A DNA stretch of 64,000 nt from the NCBI GenBank assembly GCA_052327205.1, contig CM126218.1, positions 70,494,001-70,558,000 of the forward strand. Reading direction: 5' to 3'. The stretch's first letter is position 1, and each line of letters begins with the position of its first letter. Positions 50,587 to 62,736 of the stretch are shown here, one piece after another. The stretch comes from Somniosus microcephalus (lineage: Eukaryota). The notes beneath the pieces are model-generated. The model was not told the DNA's origin, ran no database searches, and saw nothing but the letters and a program-made list of their open reading frames with translations. A program made the translations under genes and the position numbers.

Positions 50587-51882
50587 TACATAAGAACATA
50601 AGAAAAAGGAGCAGGAGTAGGTCATACAGCCCCGCAAGCCTGCTCCGCCATTCAATAAGATCATGGCTGATCTTTGATGTCAACTCCACTGGCCCACCTG
50701 ATCCCCATAGCCCTTGATTCCCTTAGAGTCCAAAAATCTATTGATCTCAGCCTTGAATATACTCAACGACTGAGCATCCACAGCCCTCTGGAGTAGACCG
50801 TCTTATAATATGGTCGGTCAAATCATCAATAGATTGTCCAGAGATTCCACCCACCACCCCGCCCCCCCCCCCTCCCTCGCCCACCTTATATTTCCTTCCC
50901 CAAACACTCAGTGAAGAAATTTCTCCTCACCTCAGACCTAAATGGCTGACCCCTTATCCTGAGACTATGCCCCCTAGTTCCAGACTCTCCAGCCAGGGGA
51001 AACAACCTCTCAGCATCTACCCTGTCAAGCCCTGTAAGAATCTTATATGTTTCAATGAGATCACCGCTCATTCTTCTAAACTCCAGAGAGTATCGGCCCA
51101 TTCTACACAATCTCTCATCATAGGACAGCCCTCTCATCCCAGGAATCAATCTAGTGAACCTTCGTTGCACCGCCTCCAAGGCAAGTATATCCTTCCTTAG
51201 ATAAGGAGACCAAAACTGTACACAGTGCTCCAGGTGAGGTCTCACCAAGGCCCTGTACAATTGTAGCAAGACTTCCTTACTCTTATACTCCAACCCCCTT
51301 GCAATAAAGGCCAACATGCTATTTGCCTTCCTAATTACTTGCTGTACCTGCCTGTTAACTCTCTGTGTTTCCTGTACGAGGACCCAAATCCCTCTAAACA
51401 CCAACATTTAATAGTTTCTCACCATTTAAAAAAGATTCTGTTTTTCTATTCTTCCTACCAAAGTGAATAACCTCTCATTGCTCCACATTATACTCCATCT
51501 GCCATCTTATTGCCCACTCACTTAACCTGTCTATATCCCTTTGCAAACTCTTTTGCATCCTCCTCACAGGTTACTTTCCCACCTAGCTTTGTATCATCAG
51601 CAAACTTCGATACATTTCACTCGGTCCCTTCATCCAAGTCATTAATATAGATTGCAAGTAGCTGAGGCCCCAACGCTGATCCTTGCTGCACCCCACTAGT
51701 AACAGCCTGCCAACCTGAAAATGACCCGTTTATCCCTACTCTCTGTTTTCTGCCCTTTAACCAATCCTCTATCCATGCTAATATATTACCCACAATCCCA
51801 TGAGTCCTTATCTTACATAACAACCTTTTGTCTGGGCACCTTATCGAATGCCTCTTGAAAATCCAAATAAACCACATCCACT
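50587..51882 (-). mobile_element. Younger CR1 fragment nested in the older CR1
   Basis: Has its own 3' terminus (acataagaacataaga) and RT C-terminal ORFs 50886-51407 and 51617-51877. Confidence 0.85.
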
Positions 51883-53749
51883 GTTTACATTAATTTGGTG
51901 AGTCGGTGTCCCTGATTCAATATTAGGATATTGGGATGTCCGGCATGCTATCCTCTTCCTCTACTGTAAATACTGATGCAAAGTAATTATTCAACATATC
52001 CGCCATTTCCTTATTTTCATTTACAATATCATCGTTATCAGTTTTCAAGGAGCCTACATTGCTCTTGACCACCTTTTTCTAATATATTTGTTTAAAAAAA
52101 TGTTTGTATTGATTTTGATATCCCTTGCAAGTTTCTTTTCATATTCCCTTTTTGTTGCTCTTACTATCTGTTTTGTCACCTTTTGTTGTTCTTTGAATCT
52201 TTCCCAGTTGCCAGGATCTGTGCTAGTTTCTGCATTTCTGTATGCTTTTTCTTTTAGTTTTATGTTGTCCCTTACCTCTTTAGTTGTCCATGGTTTTTTT
52301 TGGCAAGTAAAGCTCTTGCCCCTTAGGGGTATAAGCTAGCTCTGTATCACATTAAAAAAAATTTTGAACACCTCCCACTGATCTTCTGTCATTTTACCCA
52401 TTAAAAGATTTGCCCAGTTTACTGTGGACAGTCTCATCGCATTGAAGTCAGCCTTACCTAAATCTAGAATCTTAATAGCTGTTTCACGTTTCTCCCTTTC
52501 AAACACTACGTTGAACTCGATCATATTAGGATCGCTATTAGATAAATGTTCATGCACCGTTAGGCTGTTAACTACATCTGGCTCATTACTAAATCTAATA
52601 TGGCCTGATAGAGATAGAGACAGAGGCAGAGACAGAGCTTCAAATCCTGAAAGACTCCAGAATTCAACGGACAAAAAACTTTCTAACTGCTTCTTACATG
52701 TTGTATTAAGACCTTTTGATCAGCTTTACTTTTCGAATACACACGCACACATTTGCAGCCATTGCCCAGATTCACAGAATGCTGCCTGCCTCTCCGGGCC
52801 AAGCAGAATTGCCTGTGACAGCTGTTGTTCCGCTTAGTCTATTGACCGATAATGGACTGCATCAAAGCTCTTTACAACAGCTCAAGAGGCCACACGCCTC
52901 AAAGAGAGACAACTATTTCTGGAAAGTACAAGTCTTTGAGGGCAAAGGAAGGGAGGAGAGGTTAAGGAAAGAAAACGGGACTCATTTCTTTTCTCTCTTA
53001 AACGCTGTTCCTCCAAAGTAATTCAGAGCCTTGAAAGGACTCGGCACCACACACAATACTATCACTTGACTGGCCGTGCATCATTCACACTGACAACTAG
53101 GAGGTTGGAACGGGCGACTGGCTAAACTTCAGGCAATACAGATGTGAAAAACGGAGGGACAAAAAAAAAGGGATGTTGATGCGGCGGCAAAATGGGGAAT
53201 AGAAGGAATGCTGTGAGAAGCCAGAGAAAACATTTTTAATTGTCATGGTCAAAACTTCTACATAGCTCGGACACATTGAAGGGCAAGCGACAACACCGGC
53301 ATTTACCCCTGAAGTTACCACGGCCTTTTAATAAAACAAGTTTGAGATGCTGTGACTGCTGTCTGTGGGGCACTGCTGCTGCGCTTGCTTACACAATTTA
53401 TACTGCACTTTAGAAAGTAATTCCCCGTGTAAAATGCCTCAAGCTGTTTCTACATGACAAGACACTATAGAAATGAAAGCATTTCTGCTTTTGAGGATTA
53501 AACAAATACAAAATAAAAGTCCTCACTGCTTGGTGCTGCCCCCCTCCAGTCAGGTGGTAAGATTAATACCATTGGGAGTTCGCCTCTGCTGATTTGATGG
53601 GGTTGAAAGCTTTTGCAACATTTAAGGCAAGCAGCCCAAATCCTGAATCAATGTACTTTTAATAGTGCCCAATAATGGGGCAGCTCAGGGTTCCAAGGAG
53701 GGATTGATATCCGGAAGCATTAATCAAGTGAATTTATTTAAAGTCCACT

Positions 53750-54300
53750 AACGGAGGACTGAATGTCGCAGTGGGTTAGCACAGTCCTTTCATCATCTCT
53801 GGAACCTGAATTCCAATCCAGTCCAGACTAATGGGACCAAGTCTCTTTGCTGGCTGTAAGAATACCATGTGAAGTTGGTTTGGGAGTCCCAACCCAGTTC
53901 CACACGAGTGCAATCTTAAGCAATGTTCCCAGTAAGCTGCACTTTGTTCTGCGCGGCCTGCTTCTTTTAATGCGCTGCTCTTTTAAATTTCTGCGCGTGT
54001 TCGGTATTTAAAATGTAAATGCCGGTGAGTGGCCTGCTTGGGACCTTTCCCATTAGAGGGAATATTGGTCTTAACCACACCAAACTGGCACAAGTTTGCA
54101 CTCTCGCTTAGACTACAGGGACGGCTGGTGTGGGCAGTGTAAAAAATGTCATATGGATGCTTTTCTGATGTTTTCACGGAGACTCATTGCTAGGGCAAAG
54201 CAGATTCCACATGTAACCATGTTACATCAGACTTGGGAGCATTGAGGCTGATGCTGGGTACCCCAGATAGGAAAGTACTCTATCTTTAACATTAACATCC
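53750..54300 (+). mobile_element. Old LF-SINE-like tRNA SINE split by a hAT MITE
   Basis: ggactgaatg..gcagtggg..cctttca..ctctgg..aatccagtccag..ggctgt..atgtgaa..cccagttcc..aactggcac resembles the LF-SINE 5' half (from recall); similar copies near 18745, 39795 and 40145. Confidence 0.5.
53921..54067. mobile_element. hAT-type MITE (CAATGTTCCC family)
   Basis: TIR caatgttccc / gggaatattg; degenerate 8-bp TSD ATCTTAAG/GTCTTAAC. Confidence 0.75.
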
Positions 54301-55276
54301 CAACCTTTATAAACACACCCACAATCTACTTTGAACAAAAACAAGGGTTCATACCCATCATAATAATCCCTAGTTATACTAATCACTCAATCTCTCAGTT
54401 CTTCTCTCCTCTTTCACCCCCTGCTCCCACAGTCAAAATCTAGAAGCACTTATCTTTATTGGACCTGCTGTACTTCACTCATTAGTTATGGCCGATTAAA
54501 GAGCCGGACACGCTTGAGATGGATTTTGTGTGCTGAAATGTTGAAAGGATTTTATGAATGAAGTTTACATCACATTATTATGATACGGTCATAAAACTTT
54601 CATGACAGCTTGTAGTCATCAAATATTCATCCTGGTAATGCTTCAGGCATCAGTTTATGACCAAAAGGTCCTGGACAGCCTCCGATGTTTGTGCAGGCAA
54701 ATTTACAAAATAAATAGCTACAGCATTTTAAATTCTTTAGATGCAATTATGAATTCTGAAAATCCCCTTGGTTCAAAACACTTGCCCCCAAATCTATTTT
54801 ATTCCATTAGGTTTGCTAATCTCCTGTGCCAGATGGATGAGCTATAAGCAATGACTAGGTAAGCTAGGGCTCTTGATGAAAAGGGGATGCTATTCAGTTA
54901 TATGAATTAACAGGGTCGAGAAAGCAAACCTTGAACAGTGCTTTGATATACCCAGGCAGTGGGACAGGAGGGTCCAAGTTTAGGACAGATCGCAAGAAGC
55001 ATTTCTTTATGCAGAAGGTGATCAACAGTTGGAACCAGTTGGCAGGAAGGGTGGGTGAGGCCAGGGCACAAGGCCCAGTTAAGAAAGAGTGGTTGTAGAA
55101 AGAGTTTGGTATTCTGGAATGCGGATTGAAAATGGGCATTCTTCATCCCTACCCACCTTGTGATCAGAGAAGGAACTATCTGTAAATACCACAGAGGTTA
55201 GTTTCGAAGTTTGTCAGCATCAACATGCAGTGCCATATAGGGGCTCCCAGTATAACTTATATATAAATCACGTGAA

Positions 55277-55390
55277 CAATGTTCCCCGTAATTGTTTTTT
55301 GGGTGCGCAGCCCATTCACAGGTTCGCGCATGTGGGAACTTTAACATAGGAAAAGCTGGTCCCGGGCTGCGCAGCTTATAGGGAATGCTG
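55277..55390. mobile_element. hAT-type MITE (CAATGTTCCC family)
   Basis: TIR caatgttccc / gggaatgctg; TSD CACGTGAA/CTCGTGAA. Confidence 0.8.
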
Positions 55391-56137
55391 CTCGTGAACC
55401 CCACAATTAGATTCCACACTGCATCCATTCTCAGCTATGCACTATTTGACATATAAAGCAGCTGGACTCCTAAATGAAGTTTCAACCTCTAACTCGCTCG
55501 CAGGTATTCATTCCATTGCCAACACAGTCACTGGAATTCAAAACAGTTCATTGGATGTAAAGTGCTTCCCAATGTTTGAAAGAAGTGATTAATTGTTGTA
55601 TAAATGCAAGACTTTACTTTCATTATTCTGTGTGCAGCACATCTGAAGTCTAATTTTATTCTCACCTAACTTGGTGCAAAAAGGACAAAACTGTTCTACA
55701 AATCTATTTATTGCTAAACAAGAAAACTTACATTTCTTTTGCACTCTTCACATGCAGAGGCAAGTCTCAGAACCACTTTACAGAACGAAAGACAACAAAG
55801 GGACGAGACTGAAGCGAAAGCATGGCAAAAGAAAATGGTCTTGAAGAGCATCTTGAGGCAGGGAAGGGAGATGAGGAAGTGGGGAGCAAGGTGTTGAACG
55901 ATCGACTGCTAATGGTGGAGCAGAGGAGGCAGGGAACAAGATGTAGGCTGGTGCTGGGAGACTGAGGGTGCATGCGGGGAAATAGGGCCGAAGGAGAGGT
56001 GAGGCCAAGGAGGGATTCTAAGGTGAATACAGTAGGTTGCAGCGACAGAGAAACATCATCAGGAGCTCTGGGATGTACCGAGATTTCAAACCACAGCCGC
56101 AGTTCAAACCATAAAAAGAAATAATGGCAGTTCTTAC

Positions 56138-56262
56138 CGTTAGCATCCTGAACACCGGTCAGCGCTCCTACAGCAGCGGCAGTCTCTCCGGATAGCACAA
56201 TCTGCCCTCCGCCCTGCAGGGTGGCTTCTGCAAGTGTGGCAACAGCATGGGCAGCAGCCTCA
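56138..56262 (-). CDS. NRF1: NRF1 penultimate coding exon (125 nt)
   Basis: ctgcag|T GAG GCT...; encodes (S)EAAAHAVATLAEATLQGGGQIVLSGETAAAVGALTGVQDAN(G); donor G|gtaaga. Confidence 0.97.
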
Positions 56263-56387
56263 CTGCAGCAGAGAAACACAAAACACGTTGGTCACTCACG
56301 TAACTCTTGGCCCTGAAGAGTCGCCAGTAGAAATATACTGTATGTACATAATTACAATATAAACACACATTTATATACAGAATCGTA

Positions 56388-56815
56388 CAGCACAAAAGGA
56401 GGCCATTCAGCCTATCATGCCTGTGCTGCCTCTTTGGTAGAGCTGGCTCTATTCAATTAGTACCACTCCCCTGCTCTTTTCCCATAGCCCTGCAAATTCT
56501 GCCCCCCCCCCCCCCCACCAGTATTTATCGAATTCCCTTTTGAAAGTTAGTATTGAATCTGCTCCCACCACCCTTTCAGGCAGCACATTCCAGATTCTAA
56601 CAACGCGTCGCATAAAACAAATTCTCACCCCCCTGGGTTCTTTTGCCAATTATCTTAAATCTGTGACCTCTGGTTACCGACCCTCTTGTCAGTGGCAACA
56701 GTTTCTCCCTATTTACTGTAGCAAAACCCCTCATAATTTTGAACGCCTTTATTAAATCTCCCCTTAACCATCTCTGCTCCAAGGAGAACAACCCCAGTTT
56801 CTCTAGTCTCTCCAC
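56388..56815 (-). mobile_element. CR1 3' fragment
   Basis: LEKLGLFSLEQRWLRGDLI...TRGHRFKI and 3' UTR. Confidence 0.82.
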
Positions 56816-57266
56816 ATATATAAAATTACTTACCTATATATAAACAGATATACATGTCTATGTATGGGTGTGTGCGCTCGAATGTGTATGTATGGTACAT
56901 AATATAGTCTATTAGAAAAATTAAAGAAACTATACATCGCCCCCTTTTAAAAAAATGAATTCCCCACAAGATCATAGTGTGGGTTTCGATCAGCATGGCC
57001 TTTCTGCCCATTTGATCTCAACTTTGCAGGAAACTCTCTCCATTGTCTTCCTGTTGCAACTTAACGTCCACCTAAACAGGCAGGAAGGACACTGGCAGGA
57101 GGGTGGGTAACCAGTGGATACAGATTTCTGAAGGACAGTACCCCTGTGATGTGGCACTTCCTCAGCACTGCCTAGATTATATGCACGGGCCCTGAAATGG
57201 CGCTCCGACCTCGAACTTTCTGACTCAAGAGGCGAGAATGCTGAGCTGACACTTCACTCCTCTCCC

Positions 57267-58038
57267 GCAGGCGTGCTGCTCCATGCTATTTCTGGGTCCT
57301 GATTCCCAGCTCGCCAGCTCTGGGACTTTGCTGCAGTTGGGAGGAAGGGCAGGATAGAAGGAAAGTGGAGGGGGTGGAAACAGTGCTTTAAAAATGAAGT
57401 TGCTGGGGAACAGTTCTGCGCATGGCATCAGCCCTGCTATACCTTGCAGCCTATTCAGCCACGAGAGGCGAGTAATAGCACTCGCTGTGCTCACTTACGG
57501 CAGTGATCAGCAATGTTCCCTTTAAGCTGCGCAGCTCTCTGGACCTCGCGCGCAGCCGGCTCTTCAATGGGGAAAACCACGCATGCGCGGTATTTTAAAG
57601 GGGCCGCGCACCCAAAAAAAATTAACGGGAACATTGGTGATCAGAGATGCTGAACCCAACCCCCAAAATAAAAACTCTACAGTAAAAACCCCAATAACAC
57701 CATCTCATGCACACAGCAACGAGCTCTTTCGGGAGTCACTTCAAAATCAACAAGATTTCACTCCGTCCTGAACAGAGACTGAACAGTTTGTAAAACTGGC
57801 CTCTCATCGGGGAAGAAATGTTCCAAGGACCCCAACCAGACGAACAGATGCTTGTTCAGAATAGGGATTGGGGGCCACTTACGACCCAAGTCCTCCATAG
57901 CAGGCGTGCTGCTCCATGCTATTTCTGGGTCCTGATTCCCAGCTCGCCAGCTCTGGGACTTTGCTGCAGTTGGGAGGAAGGGCAGGATAGAAGGAAAGTG
58001 GAGGGGGTGGAAACAGTGCTTTAAAAATGAAGTTGCTG
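57267..58038 (+). repeat. 139-bp direct repeat (57267-57405 and 57900-58038) separated by 494 bp
   Basis: gcaggcgtgctgctcc...aaaatgaagttgctg appears twice, apparently identical. Confidence 0.92.
57511..57636. mobile_element. hAT-type MITE (CAATGTTCCC family), 126 bp
   Basis: Perfect TIR CAATGTTCCC / GGGAACATTG; perfect 8-bp TSD GTGATCAG. Confidence 0.92.
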
Positions 58039-59724
58039 TATGGTATATGGGGCGATGGCAGCCCTCCATTATGGCACCACTTGAGATCGTGACCCTTGAC
58101 GAACGCTTTAAATGTAGCACATTAAAGTCAGACTCTTACTATAATGGAGGGGAAGAACAATCAACCTGCTCATTCTGATCCAACAGATTGCTGCTTAGAA
58201 AATAAGAATACCAGTCACTATTGCCCCCTGCTGGAATTAGTGCAGCATTAACACTTATAAATAGGACTTTAAAAAAAAATGTACTGCACATGTTGCATGG
58301 AGACCATGAAATTCCTCAAAGTACCGGGGGTGGGGGGGAGAGAGGGGAGTCAGGGGACTGTGTGAAACCTAATTGACATCTCCTGAAATCAATGTAAATC
58401 CCTGTACGATTCATTGATGAATCAGATCTCCCCCTACCAGAACCTCAGCCAAGAGGACATGGTTAAAAGTGTGAGCCTTGACAGTGAGTGGTGGTGGTGG
58501 TCCCTATTCGAGCGTGGACGGCATCACCACACTTGTCCTTATCCTGTCCTCGTCCCCAAGTCTACAAACGTGCACTTCTTGCAGGGCCCAATGGATAAGC
58601 ATCAGGAGCAAGAATGCTGGCAGAATTCCCCTGGTTCACCCAGGGCCGCGGAGGCCAACTACAGCAGCTGTACCCGACCTCGGGGAGAAAATTGGCAGGG
58701 GAAAGAACATCATCAAACACTACTGGAATCACGCCGTGCTAACCATGCACTGCTCTCACTCAATAACAAAATCTTCAAGGTAACAACACGGGGTTTCTTC
58801 CACAAACTGCGGAACGATACGATAACACAGAAAGAGGATAGCTCGCCGGGCCTTGTACAAAGCCCCTGCACCAGGTGCAAGAATATTTACACACAGGAAA
58901 ACCCACTCGGGCTGCGTGCGTCTGATCCTGAAGTCGGATGGGTCTAATCAAAGGCAGACCACCAGCCCAGAGTCCTGAACGACACCATGAAAATGCAAGT
59001 CCCTTCTTTCTTTGTAATGTCAACCAGCAAGGAAATGTGTTCAAAGTTGAAGCCGAAAATGAGTTGTAAATTGCAGAACTGTGTGGCTAATTTAACAAAA
59101 CCTGCACAATTGAATGTTGGGTTCTGTCCAGGAACAATTTGTCGGAAAACTCATAAAAAGCAGCCCATCTACAGTGCTCATCAAACAGCAGTACTTTCGA
59201 TAGGTGCCTCTGAAGGGGACTCAAAGCCCTCTTCTAGTCGTATCCTGCTTGCAAGCAAGAAATTCCTAATCAACATAGTTTTATGTTCTCAGCATGCGGG
59301 TGATACTGACAAGTGCCTATCACAGCTGGCAACAAAAGAAGAAGCAACTGTTTTTATTTGATTTTTATGGTTAAATTTTTATTTAAAAAAGAAATAGATT
59401 CCAGGTCCTCATCCATAAATGTTTCCACTCTCCCTCCCTCCATCTGTGCTCAGTTAGCTGATCGCAGGCAAGACAGAAACAAGCACAACAACTGAAACAC
59501 AGCACCCGAGAGGTTAGGAAGGGAAAAATCAGATGGGGGTCGTGCCTCTGATCCATGTTCAGCTACCCCTGGTGAAAGTTAACATGTGGATGCTGGGTGA
59601 ATTCAGGCTGCCTCCCTCTCTCCAAGGTTAAATAGCCTTGCTTACCCATTCTCTAGGCTCACATGTCAAGAATTGTTACTTGGATTGTCAGTGCCCGTGG
59701 AATCAGATCTGAGCAACGAGTTAA

Positions 59725-60695
59725 GTTACAAGGTATTTACAGCACAGGAACAGGCCACTCGGCCCAACAGGTCCATGCTGGTGCTTATGCTCCACACGAG
59801 CCTCCTCCCACCCGACTTGAACTAACCCCATCAGCATATCCTTCGGTTTCTTTCTCCCTCGTGTTTATCTAGCTTCCCCTTAAATGCATCTCTGCTCGTC
59901 GCCTCAACTACTCCTTGTGGCGAGTTCCACGCTCTAACCACTCTCTGAATTCCCTTTTGGATTTATTCATGACTATCTTGTATTTATGGCTGCAAGTTCT
60001 GGTCTTGCTCACAAGTGGAAACAGCTTCTCTACGTCTTACCCTATCAAACCCCTTCATAGTCTTAAAGACCTCTATCAGGTGACCCCTCAGTCTTCTCTT
60101 TCCTAGAGAAAGGAGCCCCAGCTGGTTCAATCTTTCCTGATAGTTATAACCTTTCAGTTCTGGTATCATTCTAGTAAATCCTTTTTGCACCTTCTTCAGT
60201 GCCTCTGTATCTTTTTTATAATATGGAGACCAGAACTGTTCAAAGCACTTCAAGTGTGGTCTAACCAAGGTTCGATACAAGTTTAACAATAACTCCTCTG
60301 CTTTTCAATTCGATCCCCAGCGCTTTGTTTGCTTTTTTAAAATGGCCTTATTAACCTGCGTCGCTACTTTGTGCATCTGTACCCCCAGATCCCCCTGCTC
60401 CTCTACCCCATTTAGACACTTATTTTCCAACGAGTATGTGGCCTCCTTAGTCTTCCTACCAAAATGTACCACATCACATATATTGAAGTTCATTTGCCAA
60501 TTACACGCCCATTCTGCAAGTTTATTAATGTCTCTCTGTACTTTGTTGCAGTCCTCCTCTGTATTAACTAACCCCTCCCCGATTTGATGTCATCCGCAAA
60601 TTTCTAAATTGTACTTCCGATTCCAGAGTCCAAATCGTTTACGTAAATGGTGAACAATAGTTGTCCTAGCACCGATCCTTGTGGAACACCATTTG
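59725..60695 (-). mobile_element. CR1 RT/3' fragment
   Basis: GVPQGSVLGQLLFTIYVNDL, ADD, VRPHLK..EQFWSP. Confidence 0.85.
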
Positions 60696-61841
60696 CCAAT
60701 CTAATGCCTTTTGGGTGGGGTGGGGGTGAGTAGAGAACTGGCAGAAAAAAAAAGAAAAGAAAAAGCGGGAGAGTTTTTTTTTGACAAGACACAACTTGGT
60801 CTTCCATCTTTAGAATTCAGGAATATCTCCACCACCCGCCCCCCCCTCCCCCCACAAAGTGTTCAAAGAGGGTCCCACCACTGCACTCTCTCAGCAGGTC
60901 AGGGCTGTCTTAATGACAATTGGGACATTTCTACTCGCAGCGAGAACATTCATTTTCTTGTCCAATTTTTGACTCCGATGCCCTTGACTCATCCCATCCC
61001 GACATTAACATGGCAATTGGTGCTTGGATGCAGAAGACAACAGAGAATGAGAAAAGGCCATTCCGCACATTAAGCTCACTTCTTTCAACCACCGTGTACA
61101 ATCCACCTGTCCATGGACACTACCCAAACTGTTTAATTCCCTTGGGCGGGGAAGAAATATGCTCTGATCACCAAAGGTAATCGAGCAAAGTTGCAGCACA
61201 TTCGTCCAGCCGAACATCTCCACTATTTAACCTCCACGGGTAACATCTCCCCAGCAGCACAAGAACCCATTTGTCCAGTTTTGAGCATCTCAGTTTCTAT
61301 CTTTGCCTATAACTTAAAAACGGAGACATCCCACTCGCTTCTTTGGGTTTAGAATCAACAATCAGAGAAGGGCCCACTGTAGACTTTGTACACCCGATCA
61401 CAAAGATAGAGGTTAAGAATCCACAGTGTGCTGATGCACCCTCCTCCCCCGCACCCCCCATCCGCTCTGCTTTACTCATGCCTCAGTTACCAGTTCCTGA
61501 AAACACACACTCAGCTGGTGTTGTTTCAAGTAATGAGCTTTGAACAACACAAGTCGCATGAATAACATGTTGTGGCCCCTCCACAAACAACTGGCTCACC
61601 AGCAGTTCACAGGTTTAAAACTCTGCTTTATGATCAAATTGCAACAGAAACATATGCAGGGCCCCCCCCGATGGATGCCAGGCTCCCCCGCCCCCCCCCC
61701 CAATGGATCAATGAACTTATCCAATGAGCAGTGCAGTCGCGTAGACCCCGGAGGTCTAAGATTCAACCCGTGGTGCGTGCGGAGTTAGGTAACACAGTCA
61801 GGCAGCAGTAAGAGGTACAGTTAAAAGAAAGAACTTGCAGT

Positions 61842-62000
61842 CAACGCTCCCTATAAGCCGCGCACCTCTCTCGACGGTCCCTCACAGCCCGGGACTGGCT
61901 TTTTGCAATGTTAAAGTTCGCGCGTGCACGAAACTGTGAATGGGCCGTGCACGAAACTGTGAATGGGCCGTGCACCCAAAAAAAATGACGGGGAACATTG
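61842..62000. mobile_element. hAT-type MITE (CAATGTTCCC family) inserted in a Deu SINE tail
   Basis: TIR caacgctccc / gggaacattg; TSD CTTGCAGT/CTTGCAGG; internal 23-bp duplication. Confidence 0.8.
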
Positions 62001-62312
62001 CTTGCAGGATGTCCCAAAGTGCTTTACAGCCAACAGAGTACTTTTGAAGTGTAGTCACTGTTGTAATGTAGTAAATGAGGCAGTCAATTTGTAAGTTTCA
62101 AATAGTGCCCTGGGGTCTTTTACGTCCACCTGAGAGAGCAGACAGGGCCTCGGATTAACGTCTCACCCGAAAGACGGCACTTCCAACAGTGCAGCACTCC
62201 CTCAGCACTGCACTGGAGTGTCGGCCTGGATTATGTGCTCTGAATTGGGACTTGATCCTACGATCTTTTGACTCCGAGGCGAAGGAAGTGCCATCAATGA
62301 ACCACGGCTGAG
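62001..62312 (-). mobile_element. Deu-domain SINE
   Basis: Reverse complement of the 9010-9465 family (head near 62310, tail continuing at 61823-61841). Confidence 0.78.
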
Positions 62313-62639
62313 GAACAGAACACAGATCATGGTACCTCACCCATGATTCTTACCTAGCATCCCAACTGGAACAGACACAAGGAGGGATGTCAGATGATCG
62401 AATTTGGTTGTGACCCTCCCACCCTCCTCTGCAGTCACTGTGGAGGCTCACACATGGAAGACCGCCTACTTGGTTGAGGTACCAGAGAGTACCCCATGGA
62501 TCCTCAGCCTAGCAAGGGCTCAATACCTTCTGGGTGGAGAAAATTGGGAAGGCAAGAAAAAACAGTAACTTATGCCAGAGGGGTTCCAAAGCACTGTGCT
62601 GGGACCCATGGTGACCAATCACATACCCAGATTGTGAGT

Positions 62640-62736
62640 CACAAACAGAAAATGGTGGAAACACACAGCAGGTCAGTCAGTATCTCTAAAGGGAACAGAC
62701 TAGTTAACGTTTCAGGCATTCATCATCAGAACTGAT
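62640..62736 (-). mobile_element. Short Penelope pLTR remnant with hammerhead core
   Basis: Similar to 7850-7946; AGTT-CTGATGA...GAAAC-GTT-AACT on the minus strand. Confidence 0.65.

Larger units (their letters stand above)
48685..52595 (-). mobile_element. Degenerate CR1 LINE (endonuclease end to 3' UTR) with nested insertions
   Basis: SNSDPNMIEF/LDLGKADFN, RT motifs and 3' end; interrupted by a MITE (49346-49669) and a second CR1 (about 50587-51882). Confidence 0.88.

Noticed and set aside
29606-56137. Homologue of the short alternative exon recalled from a human NRF1 isoform between the last two coding exons
   Set aside because: No recognisable minus-strand match found by eye; a tBLASTn search would be needed to exclude it
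55767-56279. 170-aa ORF as a standalone gene or extended exon
   Set aside because: NRF1 homology stops at the strong donor at 56137; the remainder is low-complexity intron read-through
58414-59361. 177-aa and 124-aa plus-strand ORFs
   Set aside because: No recognisable domains, antisense within an NRF1 intron and partly overlapping old repeat sequence
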